Origin: an uncultured Candidatus Rokubacteria bacterium
GTDB taxonomy: Bacteria > Methylomirabilota > Methylomirabilia > Rokubacteriales > DASRDR01
Direction of reading: 5' to 3'
Assembly (NCBI GenBank): GCA_963805625.1
Contig: CAWDVE010000017.1
Location: 864,001-928,000, forward strand
Length of the DNA stretch: 64,000 bases
Shown: positions 19,710 through 30,079 of the stretch, in pieces
Numbering within the stretch: the first letter of the stretch is position 1
Layout: every line of letters begins with the position of its first letter
Position numbers and translations under genes: made by a program
The notes under the pieces: model-generated
Told to the model about the DNA's origin: nothing
The model's input: only the letters and a program-made list of their open reading frames with translations
Databases searched by the model: none

Positions 19710-20849
19710 TCAGGTCGTTCGGAGCGCGGCCAAGATCGCCCGGCCGAAGGCATCGACGCGCCAGCGCCGGAGTCCCGGGACGCTCCGCAGGCCGGCGAGA
19801 TCGGTGGGCGGGTCGAGCGCCAGCGCGTCGATCAGGCGCTGGGGCAGCAGGACTCCCGGATCGAGGCCCGATCCCTCGGCCGCTTCGGTCCGCCACTTGC
19901 GGACTGCCTCGGCTCTCTGGCGACTGGCCGTGGTGACGATGGGGCGCGCCGGCCGCGGCACCCGCGGCGGCTCCGGCGGCGGCTCCGCGAGCCCCTGTGC
20001 CACGGCAGCCAGGAGGCTCTCCCCGTATCGATCGACGAGCCGCGGGCTCAGGCCCGGCATCCCCACGAGCGCGGCCGGTTCGGCGGGCTGACGCTCAGCA
20101 AGGGCGATCAGCGTTTCCGGGCTCAGGACCTTGAAGGGCGGCCGGTGCTCCGCCCGCGCCCACGCCTCGCGCTGGAGATAGAGGGCGCGAAGGATACCCA
20201 GGCCGCGCGGCGGGAGTCGCGAGGCGCCCCGGATCCGCCGGTATCCATCCTCGTCGGAGGGCCGCTCGGGAACCGGGAGGGCGGCCAGCGCTTCACATTC
20301 CTCCTCCAGCCAGCCCTCGCGGCCGATGGCACGCAGCTCGGCGAGGAGGCGGTCCTGGAGCACGATGAGGTGGCGGACGTCCTCGGCGGCGTAGTGCTCC
20401 TGCGTGGGCGTCAGCGGGCGGCGGGCCCAGTCCGTTTTCTGCTGGGACCGGACCGGCTGGACGTCTAGGTACTTCAGGAGCAGCCGCTCGAGGCCGAGCT
20501 CCCGCACGCCCAGGAAGCGGGCAGCCAGCATGGTGTCGGACAGGCGGGCGAAGGCGAGGCCGAACCGGCGCTTCAGGTACACCACGTCGTTGTCCCCGCT
20601 GTGGACCACCTTCACCGTGGCCGGGTCGGCGAAGAGCCGCCGCAGCGGCTCCAGGTCGACAAGGACGAGGGTGTCTAGGAAGAACACGCGGCCCTCGGGG
20701 TCCGCGAGCTGGATCAGGCAGAGCCGCTCGGGGTAGTGGTGGAGGCTGTCGGCCTCGGTGTCGACGGCCACCGCGGGGACGCCCTGGAGCTCCCGGGCGA
20801 GCGCAGCGGCTTCGTCAGCGGTCCGGATCCAAACGGGGGCGGGCCACAC
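19710..20849 (-). CDS. rnd: Ribonuclease D-like (3'-5' exonuclease + HRDC)
   Basis: AVDTEADSLHHY, DTMLAA, DWARRPL, YAAEDV. Confidence 0.88.
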   Translation of the reverse strand: MWPAPVWIRTADEAAALARELQGVPAVAVDTEADSLHHYPERLCLIQLADPEGRVFFLDTLVLVDLEPLRRLFADPATVKVVHSGDNDVVYLKRRFGLAFARLSDTMLAARFLGVRELGLERLLLKYLDVQPVRSQQKTDWARRPLTPTQEHYAAEDVRHLIVLQDRLLAELRAIGREGWLEEECEALAALPVPERPSDEDGYRRIRGASRLPPRGLGILRALYLQREAWARAEHRPPFKVLSPETLIALAERQPAEPAALVGMPGLSPRLVDRYGESLLAAVAQGLAEPPPEPPRVPRPARPIVTTASRQRAEAVRKWRTEAAEGSGLDPGVLLPQRLIDALALDPPTDLAGLRSVPGLRRWRVDAFGRAILAALRTT

Positions 20850-21089
20850 GCGCTCTAGGATACCAGGGGGGAGGCCCCGTCTGGACCGCCCCGAAGGCTG
20901 GCGCGGGAGAGGGCCTGGACCCGTCGGTCACCGGTGAAAAGAGAACGGGGACATTTCGATTTCCACGACGCCTACTTCTGGGCCACCCAGACCGGCGCTG
21001 GCTCCGCTCGTAGACCCAGCCGCCGCCCCGAAGGTCCTCACGCGAGGCGCATGGACGCGACCCGCGGGGCCGGGGGCGGTGGTCCGGGC

Positions 21090-22052
21090 TCAGTCCTCCT
21101 CGGTCCAGCGCTCCAGGAGCCGCGCGCCCAGCGAGCGGTGGCCCAGAAAGAAGTACGTGATCATGGCCACCGACGCGAGGAGGTTTCCGATCGCCACGTT
21201 CCACCAGGGGAGCTCGCCCGCGAGCAGGGCGTCGAGCGCCTGGAGGAACCCGAAGAAGAAGACCTGGAAGCAGAGAAAGATGGTGAAGAGGCCGAGCAGG
21301 ATCCGCGGCTCGCGCTCGGCGGCGAGGAGGAACGCGGCGACGGCGATCCCGAAGAAGCCGAAGACGGCGAAGTGGAAGATGGTGTACCCGACGACGACGT
21401 CCAGGCGGGGGATCAGGAGCTCGGGATCGCGGAGCCCCTGGAGGACCGCGGCGCCGAGGAGCGCGGGCGTGTGGAGCGGCCGGAGACGGATGGAGTCGTA
21501 GAGCAGGAACCACACCGCGACGACCGAGCCTCCAAGGCATCCGGCCATCATTCCCTCGCGGACGACGTCGACCCAGCGGCCGATCAGGCTCCGCGCGAGA
21601 CCCGGGTGGCACCGGTGGAAGTAGTAGAGCATCGCCACCGAGGCCACCAGGTTTCCTGCCAGGATCTCCCACCACGCGAGCACTCCCAGCACCGGCAGGG
21701 CCCAGAATGCGATCAGCGCGAGGAAGAAGACCTCGAAGGCCGCGAAGAAGATGAGGAGCGCCAGAACCATCGCGGGCTCGTGCTCGGCACTCGCCACCAG
21801 GAACGCCGCGATGAGCCCCACGGCGATGAACCCGAGCCCGTGGAGGATCGTGTAGCCGAGGATCGGGCCGGCGGACACGGTGACGAGGTTGGGGTCGCGA
21901 ATGCCCTTCAGGATGGCCGAGCCCAGGATCGCCGGGCTCTGGAGCGGCGCGCCGCTCGCGATGTCGAAGACCAGGATGAGGAGGGCCACCGCCGCGGCGC
22001 CGATCAGCCCGGCCATGATCCCTTCGCGGACGATCCGGCCCTCAGCCGCCAT
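21090..22052 (-). CDS. Polytopic membrane protein with two tandem repeats, last gene of the oxidase operon
   Basis: VREG.MAG..G...P(L)..PA.LG.A...GYTI.H...WW....GNL.ASVAM occurs twice. Confidence 0.8.
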   Translation of the reverse strand: MAAEGRIVREGIMAGLIGAAAVALLILVFDIASGAPLQSPAILGSAILKGIRDPNLVTVSAGPILGYTILHGLGFIAVGLIAAFLVASAEHEPAMVLALLIFFAAFEVFFLALIAFWALPVLGVLAWWEILAGNLVASVAMLYYFHRCHPGLARSLIGRWVDVVREGMMAGCLGGSVVAVWFLLYDSIRLRPLHTPALLGAAVLQGLRDPELLIPRLDVVVGYTIFHFAVFGFFGIAVAAFLLAAEREPRILLGLFTIFLCFQVFFFGFLQALDALLAGELPWWNVAIGNLLASVAMITYFFLGHRSLGARLLERWTEED

Positions 22053-22860
22053 GCGCCGTCGCCTCCGCCCCGACGAGGGGCGCCTCGCCGTCATCGCGGG
22101 TCTCGGGCCCCGCCCACCGGAAGAACACCACGGTGCCCACGACCAGGTAGCCGAACATCCCGCCCACCCACATCAGGATTCCCGCCAGCTCCTGATCCGT
22201 CCGGGGCGCGAGCGGCCAGGAATGGCCGGCCGCGGCGTAGTGAGAGTAGAGCACGTCGTCGGCCAGCGTGATGGGGGCGGCGATCGCCATCATGGGAATC
22301 GTCGCGAGGAAGAGATAGAGGAGCTGGGCGGGCGGGCTCGGCCGGGGCCATTCGAGCGTCGGTCCCGCGACCGGCCACCAGAGGAGGAGCCCGGTGGCCA
22401 GGAACGTGACGTGCTCCAGGGCGTGGAACCGATCGACGCGGAGGGCGGCGTCGAACGCGGCCGGGACGTGCCAGGCGACCTGGACCGCAGAGGCGAGCGC
22501 GAGCGCCGGGAGCGGCCGGGTGAGCCACCAGCCGAGCCGCCCGACGACAGGGGCCCGCGCGATCGGCGCCAGGAGCCAGGGCGGCAGGCCCAGGAGCCAC
22601 AAGAGGGGCACGACCAGGATCAGCAGGAGATGCTGGACCATGTGCGCCGAGAGCGCCACGTGCTCGGCCCACTCGGCGAGGGGCCCGAGTACGGCGGCCG
22701 CCAGGATCGCCGTGCCGGCGACGAACGCCGTGACGCGCCCGCGAGCGGGCGGCGGCCCCCAGCCGAAGCGGCGCCGCAGCACGCCGATGGCGAGGAAGTA
22801 GGCGACCAGGAGCGCTTCCAGGCCGAGGGCGACCTCCGGGTGCCAGTGGAAGCCGGACAT
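22042..22860 (-). CDS. ctaG: caa3-type cytochrome c oxidase assembly factor
   Basis: SAHMVQHLLL, WHVP, HALEH, DQELAGILMW. Confidence 0.88.
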   Translation of the reverse strand: MSGFHWHPEVALGLEALLVAYFLAIGVLRRRFGWGPPPARGRVTAFVAGTAILAAAVLGPLAEWAEHVALSAHMVQHLLLILVVPLLWLLGLPPWLLAPIARAPVVGRLGWWLTRPLPALALASAVQVAWHVPAAFDAALRVDRFHALEHVTFLATGLLLWWPVAGPTLEWPRPSPPAQLLYLFLATIPMMAIAAPITLADDVLYSHYAAAGHSWPLAPRTDQELAGILMWVGGMFGYLVVGTVVFFRWAGPETRDDGEAPLVGAEATAHGG

Positions 22861-22865
22861 CCGCG

Positions 22866-23237
22866 TCACCCCGCGCCCGCCGGAGGCCCGCCCGTGGTGC
22901 CGATGTGGCCGAAGAGCCACAGGAGCGCGACGGCGAGGCTGACGGCGATGAGGAGGGGACCGATGAACACGTACGAGAACCAGGCGTGGTCGAACCTGAG
23001 GTGCATGTAGAACATGGCGACCAGCGCGAACTTGAGCGTCGAGAGGATCAGCAGGATCGGGACCAGGACCCGGGCGAGGGCCGGGACGTAGAAGATCGAG
23101 ACCTCCATGACGGTGATCGCCAGCAGGAACGCCGCCACGACGAGGTAGGTGCGCGGACCCGCACCCGTGTGAACCGCGCCGTGACCTGCTCCGGTCTCCG
23201 CATGGTGACCCTGAGTGCTGGAGGGTTGTCCGCTCAC
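22866..23237 (-). CDS. Cytochrome c oxidase subunit IV
   Basis: KFALVAMFYMHLRFD. Confidence 0.85.
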   Translation of the reverse strand: MSGQPSSTQGHHAETGAGHGAVHTGAGPRTYLVVAAFLLAITVMEVSIFYVPALARVLVPILLILSTLKFALVAMFYMHLRFDHAWFSYVFIGPLLIAVSLAVALLWLFGHIGTTGGPPAGAG

Positions 23238-23268
23238 GCCTCTCGCCTCCCTCGGCGTCGCCCCGATC

Positions 23269-25719
23269 CTACTGGATCAGGTAGACCAGGGTGAAGATCG
23301 CGATCCATACGACGTCGACGAAGTGCCAGTAGAGCCCGGCCATGTCCACGAGCGCCTCGTCCCGGGCGGCCAGGCGGCCGCGCGTCAGCAGGTACCGGAG
23401 CGCCAGCAGCCAGAGCACGCCCACGGTCACGTGGGCGCCGTGGAAACCCACCATCACGTAGAAGGTCGCCGCGAACAGGTTCGTCGTGAGCCCGAGCCCC
23501 TCGTGGACGAAGTGGTTGAACTCGTACACCTGTCCGGCCAGGAACATGCCGCCAAGGGCGGCCGTCGCCAGGAGCCAGCGACGCGCGGCTCGCACGTCAC
23601 GCGCCTGGATGGCGGCCACGCCGAGGACCATCGTGAGGCTCGACATCAGGAGGACGAACGTGCTCACGGTGATCAGGGGAATGTTGAGGATCTCCTGTGG
23701 ATAGGGCCCTTGGAGGCTCCGGCCCCGGTAGACCATGTACGTCGAGATCAGCGTTCCGAAGAACAGGCACTCCGAGCCGATGAACACCCAGATGGCGAGC
23801 TTTCGGTGGTCGAGGCCAGTCGCGCCGATGTGGGGGTCCTCGTGGCCCGCGTCCGCGTGCCCGCCGTCGGCCGCGCGCGCCGGGACCAGCTCAGTTGCGA
23901 AGGCCAGGACGGCAAGCACGGTCAGGAGAGCCCCGATCATCACGACGCCAAGGTGGAGCAGCGCGCCCGCGACCAGAACGATCATCGCGAGGGCTGTGAG
24001 GAGCGGCCAGTAGGATGGCTCCGGCATGTGGATCGGCCCGATCGGCGTGACGAGCGCGCGGAGATCCGCGAGCCCCGGTCCGCGGGCGTCGGGGTGCTTG
24101 GTGAGCCAGAGCGCGTCGCGGCGAAGGACGGTGGGGAGCGCGGCGAAGTTGTAGGCGGGCGGTGGTGAGGGCAGCGCCCATTCGAGCGTTCGCGCGTCCC
24201 ACGGATCCGACCCCGCCGGGGCTCCCGTCCGGAGGCTCTTGGCCACGTTCAGGAGGAACACGAGAAGCGAGATCCCCTGCACGGCCGCGCCGACGGTGCA
24301 GACGAGGTTCCAGAAGTCCCAGCCGAGCCCGGGCGCGTACGTGTAGATCCGTCGCGGCATACCCATCAACCCGAGGAAGTGCATGGGGAAGAAGGTGAGG
24401 TTGAACCCGACCAGCATCAGCCAGAAGTGGAGCTGCCCCAGCCCTTCCTCGAGGAGGCGGCCCGTCACCTTCGGGAACCAGTAGTAGATCCCCGCGAACA
24501 GCCCGAGGACCATGCCGCCGAACAGCACGTAGTGGAAGTGCGCCACCACGAAGTAGGAGTCGGTCTGCTGGATGTCCACCGGCGGGGAGGCGTGCATGAT
24601 GCCCGACAGGCCGCCGACGGTGAACATGGCGATGAATGCCACCGCGAAGCAGAACGCCGTCCGGAACCGCAGCGAGCCGCCCCACAGGGTCGACAGCCAG
24701 TTGAAGATCTTGATCCCGGTGGGGATGGCGATGAGCATCGTCGTGAGGGCGAAAGCCGAGTCTGCGATGGGGCCCATGCCGACGGCGAACATGTGGTGGG
24801 CCCAGACGCCGAAGCCTAGGAATCCGATGAGGGCGGTCGCGTAGACCATCGAGGGATAACCGAACAGCGGCTTCCGCGCAAAGGCCGGCAGCACCTCGGA
24901 GACGATCCCCATCGCCGGGAGAATCAGGATGTAGACTTCGGGGTGGCCGAAGATCCAGAACAGGTGCTGCCAGAGGAGCGGCGAGCCCCCGCCGGCGGGA
25001 ATGTAGAAGGAGGTCCCGAAGAAGCGGTCGAACATCAGGAAGATGAGGGCGACCGTGATCGGCGGGAAAGCGAGGAGGATGAGGACGTTCGTGATGAGGG
25101 TCGTCCAGACGAAGAGTGGCAGCCGGAGGAACGTCATCCCGGGCGCCCGGAGGTTGAGGATCGTCACGAGGAAGTTCAGCGACGCGAGGATGCTCGATGT
25201 CCCGAGGAAGAGGAGGCCGAGCAGCCAGAAGTCGGAATGGGGTCCGATCGAGAACGGCTTCGATGTGAGCGGTGCGTACCCGAACCAGCCGGCGTCCGGG
25301 GGCGTCCCCACGAGCCAGCTCGCGTTGAGGAAGAGCCCGCCGAGGAGGAAGACCCAGTACGAGAGAGCGTTGAGCCGGGGGAAGGCCACGTCTCGCGCGC
25401 CGATCATCAACGGGATGAGGTAGTTGAAGAAGGCGGCCGACAGCGGCATCAGCGCCAGGAACACCATGCTGGTCCCGTGCATGGTGAAGAGCTCGTTGTA
25501 CCGCTGGGCACCCAAGAGCTGGCCATTGGGCTGGGCGAGCTGGAGCCGGATGAGGAGAGCCTCGACCCCCGCGATCAGGAAGAAGGCGACCGCGGACGTG
25601 CCGTAGAGGATGCCGATCCGCTTGTGGTCCACCGTGGTGAGCCAAGAGGCGAGGCCGCGGGCCCGGGCATCCGGTCCGGCGTGGGCCGTGACGGCGGCGG
25701 ATGCGACGCCGTCGGCCAT
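23269..25719 (-). CDS. ctaD: Cytochrome c oxidase subunit I fused to subunit III (A1 type)
   Basis: TVDHKRIG, GHPEVY, WAHH, AHFHY, then COX3 motifs FIGSECLFF, GFHGAHV, YWHFVDVVW in one ORF. Confidence 0.93.
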   Translation of the reverse strand: MADGVASAAVTAHAGPDARARGLASWLTTVDHKRIGILYGTSAVAFFLIAGVEALLIRLQLAQPNGQLLGAQRYNELFTMHGTSMVFLALMPLSAAFFNYLIPLMIGARDVAFPRLNALSYWVFLLGGLFLNASWLVGTPPDAGWFGYAPLTSKPFSIGPHSDFWLLGLLFLGTSSILASLNFLVTILNLRAPGMTFLRLPLFVWTTLITNVLILLAFPPITVALIFLMFDRFFGTSFYIPAGGGSPLLWQHLFWIFGHPEVYILILPAMGIVSEVLPAFARKPLFGYPSMVYATALIGFLGFGVWAHHMFAVGMGPIADSAFALTTMLIAIPTGIKIFNWLSTLWGGSLRFRTAFCFAVAFIAMFTVGGLSGIMHASPPVDIQQTDSYFVVAHFHYVLFGGMVLGLFAGIYYWFPKVTGRLLEEGLGQLHFWLMLVGFNLTFFPMHFLGLMGMPRRIYTYAPGLGWDFWNLVCTVGAAVQGISLLVFLLNVAKSLRTGAPAGSDPWDARTLEWALPSPPPAYNFAALPTVLRRDALWLTKHPDARGPGLADLRALVTPIGPIHMPEPSYWPLLTALAMIVLVAGALLHLGVVMIGALLTVLAVLAFATELVPARAADGGHADAGHEDPHIGATGLDHRKLAIWVFIGSECLFFGTLISTYMVYRGRSLQGPYPQEILNIPLITVSTFVLLMSSLTMVLGVAAIQARDVRAARRWLLATAALGGMFLAGQVYEFNHFVHEGLGLTTNLFAATFYVMVGFHGAHVTVGVLWLLALRYLLTRGRLAARDEALVDMAGLYWHFVDVVWIAIFTLVYLIQ

Positions 25720-25721
25720 GC

Positions 25722-26753
25722 CTACCGGAGGCTCTGGAGGTAGGCGACGAGCGCCGCGGCCTCCGCGTCGGACAGCTTCTGCTCCGGCATGAGCGTCCCG
25801 GGCTTCAGCGTCGGCGCGTGCCGGACCCAGCGCGCCAGGTTCTCCGGGGTGTTCGGGAGGATGCCTCCGGCGATCGTCCGGCGGGAGCCGAAATGGGTGA
25901 GGTCCGGTCCGATTGCCCCCGCCGACACTCCGCGCACCGTGTGGCACCCGACACAGGTGCCGGTCCGGTAGACCTGGAGACCCGTGGCCGCTGCAGATCC
26001 GTCCGGCGGGGTCAGGGCGGACTCCTTCTGCTTCGCTGCCCACGTGGCGAAGGTCTCCGGCGCGAGAACGACGGCGAGGTGGCGCATGTTGGCGTGGGAC
26101 ACGCCGCAGAACTCGGCGCACTGGCCGTAGTATTCCCCCGGTGCCTCGGCCGTGAGGACGATGCGGGTCACGCTGCCGGGAATCGCATCGCGCTTGCCGC
26201 CGAGCTGTGGCACCCAGAAGCTGTGGATGACGTCCGTGCTGGCGATCTCGAGGGTCACCGGGCGGCCGGCCGGGAGGTGGAGGTCGCTGGCGGTGACGAC
26301 GCCGAGCTCCGGGTACTGGAACTCCCACCACCACTGGTGCCCGATGACCTTCACCAGGAGGGCGTCCTTCGGCGGCGCGGCTTGCGTCCGGAAGATCGCC
26401 GCCACGGTCGGGAAGGCGATGAAGGTCAGGATGACCGCCGGAATGAGGGTCCAGACGATCTCGAGCAGCGCGCTGCCGCGCACCTGCCGTGGGATCGCCT
26501 TGGGGTCGCGCTCCCGGAACCGGACGACTGCTACCAGGAGGAGGACCTGGACCACCAGGAAGATTGCCGTGTCCCACCGGAGGATCTGGACGAAGATCCG
26601 GTGCGAGGTCCAGCCGAAATCGGATCGCGGCGTCAGTGTCGTCGCCGGCGAGTCTAGCAGGCGGCAGCCGGCGAACGCGAGAACGACGGCCAGCGCCCAG
26701 AGTCCCGGGACCCGGGTCGGCCGCGCGCGCCGGCAGGTCGGTTCCGATTCCAT
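25722..26753 (-). CDS. ctaC: Cytochrome c oxidase subunit II with C-terminal cytochrome c
   Basis: GHQWWW, DVIHSF, CAEFCGVSHANM CuA site, CVGCH. Confidence 0.93.
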   Translation of the reverse strand: MESEPTCRRARPTRVPGLWALAVVLAFAGCRLLDSPATTLTPRSDFGWTSHRIFVQILRWDTAIFLVVQVLLLVAVVRFRERDPKAIPRQVRGSALLEIVWTLIPAVILTFIAFPTVAAIFRTQAAPPKDALLVKVIGHQWWWEFQYPELGVVTASDLHLPAGRPVTLEIASTDVIHSFWVPQLGGKRDAIPGSVTRIVLTAEAPGEYYGQCAEFCGVSHANMRHLAVVLAPETFATWAAKQKESALTPPDGSAAATGLQVYRTGTCVGCHTVRGVSAGAIGPDLTHFGSRRTIAGGILPNTPENLARWVRHAPTLKPGTLMPEQKLSDAEAAALVAYLQSLR

Positions 26754-26961
26754 GTGGATGCGATCGGAGGGCGCCCGATCGATGAGCGCCGGGAACCAGC
26801 CTAGCGCAAACGCGGCGAGGCTGCCAGGGTGCGCGGGCCGTCGGTGAGGAGGAACACGCAGAGTTCGAACGTCGGCGAACGGCATCCCGCACGATATCGA
26901 TGGGCCCCTGCGCCCGTCTGGGCCGTGGCGCGGGCGGGAATCTTGCTAGACTCCGAGGCAC

Positions 26962-28989
26962 ATGCCGACCCGAGTCGAGTTGCACGGCTCCGAAGGCCCC
27001 GCGAGCGTGCCGGAAGAGACACGCCCCGTCGACGAGTCCGTGCGGTTCGACCTCGATGCCGGCCTGCGCCGGCTGGGCTACACGCGCTTCCGGTCCGGGC
27101 AGCGGGAAGCCATCGAGCAGCTCCTCGCCGTTGGGCGCCTCCTGCTCGTCGCCCCCACGGGTGGCGGCAAGAGCCTTGTCTACCAGCTTCCCGCCACCTT
27201 GCTGGGTGGGACCACGCTCGTCGTCTCACCGCTCATCTCGCTCATGCAGGATCAGGTGCGGGCCCTCGAGGCGCGCGGCATCGCGGCTACCTATCTGGCC
27301 TCGACTCTCGACGCCGTCGAGATGCGACGCCGCCTCGGCCAACTCGGGGCCGGCCGCCTCGCCCTTGCCTACGTCGCTCCCGAGCGGCTCGCCTATCCGG
27401 GATTTCGGGCGCTTCTGTATCGGCTCGCCTGCCCGCTGGTCGCCATCGACGAGGCTCACTGCATCAGCGAGTGGGGGCACGACTTCCGGCCGGAGTACCT
27501 GGAACTGGGAGCACTCCTGGCCGAGCTAAGGGCACCGCGCGTTCTGGCTTGCACGGCCACCGCGACCCCGGTGGTTCGCGACGAGATCCTGGCCCGACTC
27601 GGCCTTCCTGCCGACACGCCCCAAATCGTCCAAGGCTTCGCGCGCCCCAACCTGGCGCTGCGTGCAGCCGAGGTGGAGGGGCGGCGGGGTCGCGCCCGGC
27701 AGGTGGACGCGGTCCTCGCTGAGGCCCTCGCCCGGCCCGGGGCGGGACGCGGCGCCGCCATCGTCTACGCGGCGACGCGTCGGGAGACTGAGACGGAGTG
27801 CGCGCGCCTCCAGGCAGCCGGCTGGACGGCCGCCGCCTATCACGCGGGGCTTGACGGATCCCGGCGCGACGCCGTCCAGCAGGCCTTCGCCGAGGGGCGC
27901 GTCGAGGTCGTCGTCGCCACCAACGCTTTCGGCATGGGCATCGACCGGCCCGACGTTCGGGCCGTGGTCCACCTGGCCGCGCCCGGCTCGATCGAAGCCT
28001 ACTACCAGGAGGTGGGGCGGGCCGGGCGAGACGGGAACCCGGCGATCGGATTGCTCCTCACGGGGCCCGGAGACATGGCGCTCCGACGGCGCCTACTTGA
28101 ACGGGCGGGTGATGGGGAGGTCGTCGACGGAGCTGAGCTCGAGCACAAGTGGACCTTGTTCCTCGAGCTCCTGCGGTGGGTGGAGGGCGGGAGCTGTCGG
28201 CACGATGCCATTCTGCGCTACTTCGGCGACGAGGCGGAGACACTCGACGGCTGCGGGCGCTGCGACGAATGCCTGGCGCTCCGTCAGGCAGAGCGGACCA
28301 ACCCTGCCGAGACGACCCTGATCGTCCGCAAGGCGTTGAGCGGCGTGGCCCGGGTGAGCGGGCGTTTCGGGATCCAGCTCGCGGTCAAGCTTCTCCGGGG
28401 CGAGGCCGATCCCCGGCTCGAGCGCGCCGGACTTATCGCTACGCCCACGTTCGGCAATCTACGGGACCATCCCGGGCCCTGGCTTCTGCGCCTCCTCCGG
28501 CGTTGCGTCACCGGAGGGTGGGCAACCTTCAGCGGCGGCGACCGGCCCGTGCTCGTGCTCACGGAGGACGGGCGCGCGGTGATGCGTGGCGAGCGACCGG
28601 CCCGCCTACGCCTGCCTCCAGTGTCGGTCGTTCCGGCAGCGGGGCTGGCGTCGGTCTCGACGCGGCCCAACTCCGTTGCTTCCTCCCCGAGGCCCGGCGA
28701 TGCCACCCGCCGGCCGCGGCCCCAGGTCGCCGAAGACGACCCCGTGGCGCGAGCTCTCTTCGAGGCTCTGCGTGGGCACCGGCTGATCCTGGCGCGCGAG
28801 CAGGGTCTGCCACCCTATGTGATCGCCAGCGACCGTACCCTCCGCGAGCTGGCCGAGCTCCGGCCGCACACGCTCGACGATCTGCGGCTCGCCCACGGAA
28901 TCGGTCCCCACAAGGTCGAGCGCTATGGGGCCGGGCTCCTGGCCGTGGTCGCCCGGACGCTGGCTGGAGTCCCCAGCACCGACTCCTGA
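26962..28989 (+). CDS. recQ: RecQ DNA helicase
   Basis: PTGGGKS, DEAHCISEWGHDFRP, YYQEVGRAGRDG, Zn/RQC and HRDC domains. Confidence 0.95.
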   Translation: MPTRVELHGSEGPASVPEETRPVDESVRFDLDAGLRRLGYTRFRSGQREAIEQLLAVGRLLLVAPTGGGKSLVYQLPATLLGGTTLVVSPLISLMQDQVRALEARGIAATYLASTLDAVEMRRRLGQLGAGRLALAYVAPERLAYPGFRALLYRLACPLVAIDEAHCISEWGHDFRPEYLELGALLAELRAPRVLACTATATPVVRDEILARLGLPADTPQIVQGFARPNLALRAAEVEGRRGRARQVDAVLAEALARPGAGRGAAIVYAATRRETETECARLQAAGWTAAAYHAGLDGSRRDAVQQAFAEGRVEVVVATNAFGMGIDRPDVRAVVHLAAPGSIEAYYQEVGRAGRDGNPAIGLLLTGPGDMALRRRLLERAGDGEVVDGAELEHKWTLFLELLRWVEGGSCRHDAILRYFGDEAETLDGCGRCDECLALRQAERTNPAETTLIVRKALSGVARVSGRFGIQLAVKLLRGEADPRLERAGLIATPTFGNLRDHPGPWLLRLLRRCVTGGWATFSGGDRPVLVLTEDGRAVMRGERPARLRLPPVSVVPAAGLASVSTRPNSVASSPRPGDATRRPRPQVAEDDPVARALFEALRGHRLILAREQGLPPYVIASDRTLRELAELRPHTLDDLRLAHGIGPHKVERYGAGLLAVVARTLAGVPSTDS

Positions 28990-29111
28990 GCACGGCGACC
29001 GCCGGGCGGTTCTGATCGGGCGTGTCCTGGCTGCCTGCCGCACCGTCAATGCATGGTGGTGCCCCGGGCACCACGGAGCGGCTCGCGCGGCCGTGTGGCG
29101 CGGGTCCCGTG

Positions 29112-29954
29112 TCAGTGCATGATGGCGCCCCCGGCCAGGTTGATCGCCTGCCCGGTGACGTAGCTGGCGGCGTCCGAGCCGAGGAACGCGGCCAGTTCCG
29201 CCACGTCTTCGGCCGTGGCTACGCGCTGAAGCGGGATCTGGGCGGCCCGCTCGGCGATGGCGCCCGCCCGGAGCGCCTCGTCGTAGGTTCCGTCGGGTCG
29301 CCGGCCGAGGAAGTCGAGCCGATCGGTGTCGGCAGAGCCCGGGCAGATCGCGTTCACGGTGATGCGGTGTGGCGCGAGCTCCATGGCCAGGGCTTGGGTG
29401 AACCCGATCACGCCGAACTTGGAGGCGCAGTAAGCGGCCAGACGCGCGTAGCCGACCTTGCCGCAGTTCGAGGACATGTTGATGATGCGGCCCGGTGTGT
29501 CGCGCGCCACCATCAGCCCGGCGACGGCCTTGCTGCAGAGGTACGTGCCAGTGAGGTTGGTTTCCAAGATCACGTGCCACGCCTCCTCCGGGAGCTCGAC
29601 CACCGGGACGCGGTCGGCGCCGGGCGGGGCGGCGGCGTTGTTGACGAGGATGTCGATCCGGCCGAAGGTCCGGTCGGCCAGGTCGACGGCGCGCTGCACC
29701 TGGTCGGCCGAGCGCACGTCGACCTGAGCGATGACGGCCCGGCGACCGGCCTCGCGGACCTCGTCCGCGACCGTCTCGAGGCCGCGCCAGCCGGTGGCTT
29801 GCTTCGCGGCCACGACACGGATGCCGGCCGGCGCGATGTCCGTGAGCAAGAGGTCCGCGCCCTCGGCTGCCAGCCGCCGCGCGATCGCCCGCCCGAAGCC
29901 GCGTTCGCCGCCGCTCCCGGTCACCATGGCCACCTTGCCCTTGAGGCGCCCCAT
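29112..29954 (-). CDS. SDR oxidoreductase
   Basis: TG...GFG, NNAA, YCASK. Confidence 0.92.
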   Translation of the reverse strand: MGRLKGKVAMVTGSGGERGFGRAIARRLAAEGADLLLTDIAPAGIRVVAAKQATGWRGLETVADEVREAGRRAVIAQVDVRSADQVQRAVDLADRTFGRIDILVNNAAAPPGADRVPVVELPEEAWHVILETNLTGTYLCSKAVAGLMVARDTPGRIINMSSNCGKVGYARLAAYCASKFGVIGFTQALAMELAPHRITVNAICPGSADTDRLDFLGRRPDGTYDEALRAGAIAERAAQIPLQRVATAEDVAELAAFLGSDAASYVTGQAINLAGGAIMH

Positions 29955-30079
29955 CCAGACCCTCCTTTTGCTGGTTTCAGGCCGGATTTTGGCGGCCATC
30001 ATACCGTGGGCCGGCTGTGGTACGCTCCCCCCGCACGCCGGGCGGGCCTCATGACCGTGGGCGTGCGGGAGGTCCCCGA

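Noticed and set aside
25720-26985. N-terminal 420 aa of the 1238-aa ORF suggesting a II-I-III triple fusion
   Set aside because: Out-of-frame shadow of subunit II; the real start is 25719
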